Positions 19,901 through 27,100 of a stretch of 32,049 bases of DNA are shown one piece after another. Numbering within the stretch: position 1 is the first letter of the stretch; every line of letters starts with the position of its first letter. The notes under the pieces were generated by a model, which saw only the letters and a list, made by a program, of their open reading frames with translations, made no database searches and had not been told where the DNA came from. Origin of the DNA: Rhizaria sp. SCN 62-66 (Eukaryota); assembly GCA_001724265.1 (NCBI GenBank), contig MEDY01000348.1:1-32049 (forward strand), in the 5' to 3' direction. Position numbers and translations under genes: made by a program.

Positions 19901-20348
19901 AGGACGGGGAGCCTGGGTGCCATCAGCGCTGCTCAAAGCACAGCAGACCAGTGCACACGCTAACGCCGCTGCTCCTGTCAAGCGTCCAGTTGACGGCGTT
20001 GTTGCGATTACGAGCAGTGGTATAGGCAATGGCGCCGCTGCTGTGCCTCCGCAACATGAGCACGGTGGCAGTCACGACGGCGGTGCCAAAACGCCGTCGA
20101 AGCGGGGCGCAAAGACGCCGCGTTCTAACTCTGTGCGTGTGCCGGCGCGCGAGGGCGTGCTGCTGATGGATCCTGCGTACGCCGGTGCGGTGAACGCGGG
20201 CGGCATGGGGCTAAATGGGGCTGCCTCTGGAGGGCTCAGTGCACGTGCTCTGGCGGACCCGAGCGAGAGGGGTATTCAGATGCCGATGTTTCATGCCACA
20301 AAGTTTGATTTTGATAGGAAAGCGCTGTATAACCATCCGCAGGAGTGA
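13998..20348 (+). CDS. 2116-aa Ala/Gly/Ser-rich, largely disordered protein of unknown function with repeated RPx[S/T]A motifs
   Basis: ATG at the AT-to-GC transition, 6.3-kb open frame with host codon bias, TGA followed by AT-rich sequence. No globular domain recognised; possible coiled-coil stretches and poly-Q. Confidence 0.8.
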   Translation: MSDGYFSPASAASALPPGWVRTPADGVYLPASRFHPALPPSTAVTGSSLASAPTASAAAPAVDVTARRARPQSSVAHRAWSVQSKVIQPSSSSSNDNANDDAATRASVGGAGTARLQRPMTAKQARNRFAQAEAVNAASTAAAAAAAALPGGPPEPPLPRFALPGPGSELLAVFPHARDASSVLSNSSSAAARARRTSASAAAFTMHAPGCHSQLCEGVAAGARGCHSAWVAEQEAAAARAAAAAEAERRDALDGYFGNNKTQQLYEEDMLTARRAQLQQQQQQQQAQLQSGGDEHSVPTGATLAPKGLWASSSAAAAAAAAANSNNNALAGSRPSSAAVSVPAEGVTATGATVGPRRPGLRPHAPGSAAAATAAAGVPVVQPGFAGFADDDDGAATVVRQHSRHGAQRAAAAAAARASVAEAAEALRGGVARQQRPQTARPASATATAAAAESSFLRSAAAAAAATTAYDGHSSPPGQRRRGGFFAHGRDDNNLDNDDADGVGHEASEIAGPHEGLWLHAKSVTGHSFFTHTAANNNINSDTATAGPDGDYIDPADVSSHVHAASAAAAVAGNPLSATSYHGLPPAAALGRFAKQLAAVRRREETARRDALATVGGNRNKVMQRPGTASAHSASRSNSSGHGGSVGAVPEPLRPASLWPGAPALHTITDNGAGASAGAGAGAGAAAVGSGAGLMTGPAAVDRARAIAASTVAQSQSQSPALNDGYESRMHGARVLEGIIDVGSLQLNSNEAGPQSESRLDYGYGRLPHGHPLARLNFGLLGKADQYTLAPESTNHADGNNMNPVGNVDGPEAAAFGDRSILPADMAAALSRYDNVPLPFNTANTADTDTANANANGIVGVAISGSGTGDRNARLRRPGTAHPASRSAHGQSAAHGHSTAHGQATGYSAAALGAAPHRLGNRPTTAGISHLSYLANSNNPDASIPTKRITPAGVVSSSSNNSTAAEATTTAADDDAAAWESYNNYTISTARARQLRPGAHEVLANPLVYGVLAATSADATAGSANTGGLSAAVASIGGSAGVGMPAALKAAALGRSGGAAAEAVAARRLVERRRAAALHKRVTETRRRTGSVMAAARGRMRAQLEALERANEVSVDGVVLTWRERRAIGLGVRELRLPAGAIEHVQQQLQLQYHGHGSHGDHSEDGGADAGDGSKMHQQHQQQVSAASTRVRPHSAYPALSAAHSGTDARYTDGYGPGKVYGAGDSAPVKGAMMEVRLSPQVLTAGSSANKQSQMQTRPHTATATIAPTAAAAKTAASAHPVASGVVESTAVGSQEEGSSVAATVNNEDDDDGQNNSGEPAAATNAGSDAATAGDATTETPGARYSVNSRSNAPQRPVLTQLGSARRARFGPPAIYDPNDAQMTGAHDAAADAGSDSAPVVPAGSYPLPPHALAAPSRAAAHAYQRAASASAAAAASRSRAFAAATQPGAGMSSGGDALGGDEGNGDNSIGHIRAPLTALEGFSSTSNHGHGIGTVAGFHADASSSRPSTAGSRSRAHGPWQPPVRRGPTIRGARDAPTLTLALRSQRVVVTDDANESLYGDDHTAHASAAAGSGQVSDGGLALTASAAEAAAEAAAAAHAAAALAAGGGMSLLRARMAAEAAAAAARRAGHVARVAMTASGPVSIPVAHGHCHVDVDGDGGAGNGQLSDSAAGLSSSAAAAHSAAHGAAASASVNGSRAFTRIGLQLVPTGAVAGPLAPPDRGLKPVAGGGVRAGARPASAAPVRLLPRANNAGAKNTLNDGTDANADEVAVIAQSSDAAVDPNASANAYPVAVADGATLGSKMTHAPQSSSLSATVTVAGAGTGAGAMAHRPRPTTAFARAGYALALGAAADGDDLSAGVRAPAVVDLVQAIPVTHNTNTIPHSVVSYRPRPATAAALRSQSASRGGHGQANAQPHDPNRPGNPYDELHGRSSAYGMRTRGHASAGSCNDDAGSGDHSSAEPSLYAGRGAWVPSALLKAQQTSAHANAAAPVKRPVDGVVAITSSGIGNGAAAVPPQHEHGGSHDGGAKTPSKRGAKTPRSNSVRVPAREGVLLMDPAYAGAVNAGGMGLNGAASGGLSARALADPSERGIQMPMFHATKFDFDRKALYNHPQE
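16656..16706 (+). repeat. Coding 18-bp tandem repeat (ctgctcacggtca core x3) encoding SAHGQSAAHGHSTAHGQ
   Basis: Three visible copies of ctgctcacggtca at 18-nt period. Confidence 0.8.
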
Positions 20349-21179
20349 GTGCGGTTAATGGCGCAATGCGATATTTAGTTATGAATTAGAGTCTACATCA
20401 TACAAAAAGTGTAGCAAACGACCTGCAAGCAATACACGATGTTCTCAACCTACTTTTATAACAAGGATATGTGTTTCAATGCTCAATACCTTCGTCTAAA
20501 ATTCGAATATATTGGAGATGACATATCTAAAAATTGCGAAGCCAACTTATTATTGCAATGCAAAATCGTGCTATATCAGCTGGGTCTGTTTTCCCTATCC
20601 CACCACAAACGGCGCGCCTGTCTGCGATTCGTGGCTGAGGCGTCCACGCGGTGGCTGCGTGTGTGGTCGGTTAGGCCCAAAGCCAGAAGGCTCCGGAGCG
20701 GGCTTTCATCAGCGCGCCGCTTGATACATATGATGCAGTGTATAGCGCCTAGGATTTGGATTAGGGTGGTTCTATGCTATTTCATGTGTTGGTCACGTTA
20801 AACTGTCTTCGTTAACGATCAGAAGCGCGGTGTACACGGTTGATTTTTTCGCCAGTGCCAAAGCGACGTGGATGCGATCTCTGACGCCAGCGCAACATCT
20901 CATCTTCTATTTTATTAGCCTCAGTGTTGAACTTGGGAGAAATAATTTATGTATCGTTTAAATTGTGGTGGTTTATAACGATTACTCCCGCGTAAGATGT
21001 TATATCTTGTATATATTCTCAGTAGCACCCATTTGTCGTGTCTCGCCCCCCCCTCCTTAGCTTGCTGAGTCGAAGCATCCCACTTCCCATTTGGTCATCC
21101 TTGCCACTCGACCGTTGCCGCGCTAACCACCCTTTTCCCTGCACGCCGCGACAGCCCCCTCCCGGCCGCGCGCTGCCCG

Positions 21180-24100
21180 ATGTCCTCATCCCCGGGCGCC
21201 CCCCCCGAGCGGCAGCCCTCGCCGTCGCTGCTCACCCTCTTCGACCTCACCCCCAGCACGACAACCGTCGCCGCAGCCGTCGGCGACAGCAGCAGTAGCT
21301 CCGCAGCTGCCAGCGCGATTACAGCGACGGCCCTCGCGCCTGAGGTCGCCGATGCGGCTGTTGCGCCCGCGTTTGCGGCCAGCAACGCCGCGACTGACAC
21401 GGCAGCGCTGTTGGACGACATCGACGGCTGGCTAGCCGGCCTCTCCGCCGCCCCCGCCCCTGCCCCTGCTCCTGCTCCTGCATCCAGCATCAACGCCAGT
21501 GCTGCGTCTGCGAAGGCGAGTGCTAGTCGACACAGCGGCTCCGACGCTGGCGAGCCCTCATCGAGTGCGCGTGCGACTGCGGACGTGGGCGACGTGAGTG
21601 GAGATGTGACCGCGCCTGCTGCGAGTGCTAATCATGTGACCGATTTGTTTGATTTGGGCGTGGACCTGGACGCGTTTGCCGCCCCTGCCCCTGCTCCGGC
21701 GCCCGCTGAGACCGCGACTGTGTCTGTGCCCGAGACTGAGACTGAGACTGAGGCTAAAGCTGAAGCTGAACCTGAGAATGCTGATGTCGAAGCTGTTGCC
21801 GCTGCTGCTGCCGCTGATGCTGCTGCTGCTGCTGAAGCCAAGGCTGAGGCTGATGCCAAGGACAAGGCTGAGGCTGAAGTAGCTGCTTTAAAGGCTGCTC
21901 AGGAGGCTGAGGCTGCTGCTGCCGCTGCTGCCGCCAAGAAGGCTGAGGAGGACGTCACCGCTGCCGCTGAGGCTGCTGCTGCTGCTGCTGCTGCTGAGGC
22001 TAAGGCTGCCGCTGGGGCTAAGGCTGCCGCTGACGCCAGGGCTGCCGAAGAGGCCGCTGTGGCCGCGAAGGCAGCTGCGGCCGCCGAGGCTGCCCGCATC
22101 GAGGCTGAGGAGGAAGCGGCTGCCGCCAAGGCGAAGGCTGAAGCCGAGGCTAAAGCTGCTGCTGAGGCCGAGGCTGCCAAGACTGAGGCTGCTATTGCTG
22201 CCAAGAAGGCTGAGGAGGAGGCTGCTGCCGTTGCCGCTGCTGCCGAGGCCGAGGCCGCTGCTGCCAAAGCGAAGTCTGAGGCCGAGGCCACTGCGAAGGC
22301 TCAGGCCGCAGCTGAGGCCAAAGCGGCTGCGGATGCTGAGGCCGAGGCTGAAGCGCAGGCCAAGGCTGACGCTGAGGCTACGGCCAAAACCGAAGCCAAC
22401 GCAAAGGCTGAACAAGAGGCTGCTGCTGCTGCTGCTGCTGATGCTTCATCTGCTGTGGAAATGGCCGCTGAGCTCGAGTCTGGCCCACCCACCAACACTG
22501 CTGCTGAGCTTGCTGTTATTGCTCCTATGCCTGCGCCTGTGTCTGTTGCTGCGCCTGCCGACAAAGCCGACGCCAGCGAGGGCGAGAGCGAGTGGGAGTC
22601 CTCTTTTGCAGCCGCAGATCCCTCCTCCTCTGCCTCCACAACTGCCCCCTCTGTCCCCGCTGCCTTTCCCGCGGCTCCCGCTGCTGTTGCGGCCCCTTCA
22701 GCGTTCGGCGGCTTTGCCTTTGCAATCCGCCCGCCGTCGGCCTTCGAGGCCGAGGTCTCCGAGGCCGCGGCCGCCCGCGCCGCCGAGCTGGACCGCCGCC
22801 TGGACGCCGCCGAGGCCGAGGGCGAAGCCAGCGCCGCCACGCTCGCCGCGGCCGAGCGCGCCGCGGCCGTAGCGGCGGCGGAGGAGGCCGCGCGGTTCAC
22901 CCGCCACCTGCTCGCGAGCGCGGACCTGACCGTGACCGAGACCGGGAAGGCCACTGCGGCCGCACTCGCCGCGGCACTGGCAAAGGTTGGCGGCCCGACT
23001 CCTGCCGTGGCGTCAACCGCAGTGGCAGCACAAGCTACAGCTACAGCAACAGCAACAGCAGCGGCTGCTGTACCTGCTGCGAGCGCCATTGCCAGTGCGA
23101 ATGCTGATAGCTATGATAGCGACTTTGGCTTTGATGAGTTCGCGTTTGCAGACGACGGCGCAAGCAGCAACAACAAAAGCACTGACAATGCGAGCGTTTC
23201 TACTGCTGCTGGCGTAAGTACTTCTGCTGTAAGTACCTCTGATGTGAGTACCGCTGGTACTCGTGACACCAGTGACCCGCTCTGCATCCCGCTGGCAGTC
23301 ACCGGCATGAACTGCGGCGGCTGTGTGCGCCACCTGACGCCGCACCTCGCCGCCGTGCGCGGTCTCCTGCCCACTGACACTGGCAGCAGCAGCAACAACA
23401 GCAGCAGCGCTGAGAGCAAGGCGGAGGACGGCGACGGCGAGGCGTACAGCGTGATTGAGGTGAACAAACTCACGCTGCGCATCGACCCCGCGCTCGCCAG
23501 CCTCGCCACTTCTCGCGCTCTCGCACACCACATCGGTGACCGCAACAGCGGCGCCAGCGACGCTGAGGCGCGCGCGCGGTGCATGCTGCGCTACCGCGCC
23601 ACGGTGCGCCGCCGCGCCGTCGCCGCGCTGCTGGCCAACGGCTACGGGCTCGCTGCCAGCGAGGGCGCGGAGGACCCCAGCGGGGCGCTGCCGCTCGATG
23701 ACGACGCCATCGACACGGACGCCTATGTTTGCGAGGAGGCTACGGTGCTTGCGGACACGGCGAAGCCCGCTGTGGCTGCCGAGTCTGCTACGAGTGCGAC
23801 CGTGCCCGTGCCTGTGCCTGCGGTAGCGGTAGCGGCTGCGGCCGATGCCAGTCCCCCTGAAACCACGTCTCAGTCACCGCCTGCCCAGTCAGAGCCTGAG
23901 ACCGACGACTTTGCCTTTGCCGCCGACTTTGGCCCTGACCCAACGCCAACGCCCATTGCGACCGCGACTGTGCCGCAGGGCGATCCCGACGTCTCCCCGG
24001 TCCCCCTCTCGTTCCCCGCCGACACCGACAGCGGGGCTGCCGCGACTACAGCGCCCGCGTGCCCGCGCTCCAGCTACCTGCCCGGCAGCACCCCCAGCAC

Positions 24101-27100
24101 CGCGCACACCGCGGGCGCGGCCGCAGCCCCCGCGGCCCCCGCGGTCACCGTCTCGGTCTCCGTCTCCACCGCGGCCAGCAAGAGCTCGGCCGCAGCTGCG
24201 AGCGCCTCTGCGAGCGCGCTGCCGGCGGGCCACCGCGTCTCGCAGTTCACGGTGACGGGCATGACGTGCGGCGGCTGCGTGGCCTTCCTGGACAAGTCGC
24301 TGCTCGCGCTGCCCGGCGTGAGCGCCAGCAGCACCGTGCTCCTGCTCAGCCGCTGCGACGTCACGCACGACCCCGCGGCCGTCTCCGTCGCCGCCATCGC
24401 GGCCTACATCAAGGAGAAGGGCTTCACGGCCGTTTACGTGCCCCCGCCGCGGCCCGCGGTCGGCGCCAGCACCTTCCGCATCGGCGGCATGACGTGCGGC
24501 GGTTGCGTCGCGTTTTTGGAGTCCTCACTCAAGGACAAGCTGCCCGGGGTCACCGCGGCGTCCGTCGTGCTGCTGCTGGAGCGCGCTGAGATCAAGTTCG
24601 ACACTAGCAAGCTCACGAACAAGGCGATCTGCGCCTTCGTCAAAGAGAAGGGCTTCTCGGCGACTCTGGTGTCGACCGACACGCCCGACGACGACCAGGC
24701 CGGCGACCGTGATAACGGCAGCCAAGAGGAGGACGACGAGCTCGACGACAGCAGCCTCAGCGACGGCGACGGCGACTACGACGACTACGAGAGCGCTAAC
24801 GGCAAGTCTGCGCCCGCGGGCGGCGACGGCTTCGACGTCGAGACCGGCATCGTGTCGGTTACGAGTCCGCCGAGCTACGCCGCCGCCAACTTGCCTGGCG
24901 CTCGCCGTGGGCCGCACGACGGGGATGGTGACCGGTCCGACAACAGCGGCGTCGCCGCCTACACGGACCAGGAGGACCCTGCTGCGGCCGCCGCGGCGCG
25001 CGCGCGCGCTTCGGCCGTCGCCACAGCCAACAACAACAACAGTAATAACGTCAACAGCAAGCGCCACCGCCGCTCCCGCCGGCGCGGCGTTCCTAACCCG
25101 ACCGCGGTCGTCTCATCCGCCGCGCCCTCCGGGGCTCCCGGGACCGCCGGCGCCCACGGCCGCCCGAGCCCGCTCTCGCACCGCAGCTCACCCTCAGCGA
25201 CCTCGGGCGCCGCGGGGGCCGAGACCCCCGCCGCGGCGGCCGCGCGCGCGCAGGCCATGTGGCTGCGGCGGCTGCTGGCCACGTTGGTCTTCTCGCTGCC
25301 GGTGTTCCTGCTGGCGATGATCGTGCCGCTGGTGCCGGCGTGGAACGCGGCGCTGATGACGCCCGTGGCGGGCCGCTTTACGCTCATGGCTCTGCTGCTC
25401 TGGGCGCTGGCGACGCCCGTCCAGTTCGGCACGGGCCGCCACTTCTTTAAGACGGCATACGCGGGCGTGAAGCACGGCCACGCGAACATGTCGCTGCTGA
25501 TCGCGCTGGGTTCGCTCGCCGCGTACACGTACTCGGCCATCGCCTGCGTGGTGGCCATACTCACGGCCGCCGCGGCCGACTCTGAGCACGGACACGACGG
25601 CGACGGGTCGGGCTCGAGCCACGACTCGGCGTTCGGCAGCATGCGTGAGCACTTCTTCGAGACGTCGTCGACGATGATCACGATCGTCGTCTTCGGGCAG
25701 TTCATCGAACACTTGGCCAAGGGGAAGACCTCGGAGGCGCTGTCCAAGCTGATGACGCTGCAGTCGCCCACGGCCACGCTCGTCACCCTCACGCCCGCAT
25801 CGGTCCCCGCCTCGGGCTCCAACAGCAGCAGCAGCAGCAACAACGGCAGCGGCAGCGGCGGCGGCGGCGGCGGCGGCAACGCGAGTGACGCGAGTCTGGT
25901 GCTGGTAGCTAGCGACAGCGAGGTGGCCGCCGAATCCCTCGCCGTGGGCGACTTGGTACGCCTCGTGCGCGGCTCGCGCGTGCCCGCGGACTGCCGTGTC
26001 GTCGACCTCGCGCTCATCGCAGCCGCGCGGGGCGCCACTCTGTCAACCTCGCATCACCACAACCTCAGCAACAACAACAGCAACAGCAATGGCAACTCGA
26101 GCCGCAGCTCTAACTCCAGCTCAAGCCTGTCCGCCGGCGGTGGCGCTCTCGGCAACACCCACAACGCCAGCTCCAGTGCGAACTCCAATGCCAACTCCAG
26201 TGCCAACACTAGCGCGATGTCGTGCTACGTGGACGAGGCGATGCTGACTGGCGAGGCGCTGCCGGTGCAGCGGCGGCCCGGCGACCCGCTGATCGGCGGC
26301 ACTGTCGTCACGGACGGCGTCGCCGTGGCCGAGGTCTGCCGCATCGGCGCCGACACCACGCTGGCACAGATCGTGCGCCTCGTGCAGGACGCGCAGGCGT
26401 CCAAGGCGCCCATCTCGGCCTTCGCGGACCGCATTTCATCGGTGTTTGTGCCCGCGATCGTGATGCTCGCGCTTATCACCTTCGCCATTTGGCTCATTCT
26501 TGGCTCCCTGGACGCGGTGACCGAGACGACCCGCGGCGGCGCGTCGCCGTTCCTCTGGGCGTTTATGTTCGGCGTCTCGGTGATCGTCATTGCGTGCCCC
26601 TGTGCGCTCGGCTTGGCGACGCCGACGGCCGTGATGGTCGGCACTGGGGTCGGCGCCAAGTTAGGCATCCTCATCAAGGGCGGCGCCGTGCTCGAGACGG
26701 CCTCCAAGGTCACCGCGCTCGTCTGCGACAAGACCGGCACGCTCACGGTCGGCAAGCCCGTGGTGACGGACTTTGCATTCATTCACCATGCGCCCGGCGC
26801 CGGCGCGAGCGCGGCCGTCAGCAGCACCGCCACGCCCGTCGTCGCGAGCGCGCGCTCCCCCGCCGGCTCTGACAACGACGACTCCGACGCCGACGGCGAT
26901 GCGGTGGGCGCGACGGGCGGGAGTAGCACGTTCACGACCTCACGCGCGACCTCCGGCGACATCCTCACCGGCCTCCTCGTCGACGCGCTATTTAGCAACA
27001 ACCTCAGCAGCGTCAGCGCCAACGGCGGCGCCGCGACAGCGACCAACAGCGGCGTGGTGTCCTTCTCCCCCCTGCAGCTGACCGGCGGCGGCGCCGACCT

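Noticed and set aside
21730-22445. Resemblance to bacterial TolA or similar AEK-rich proteins
   Set aside because: Compositional similarity only; in frame within a eukaryotic ATPase.
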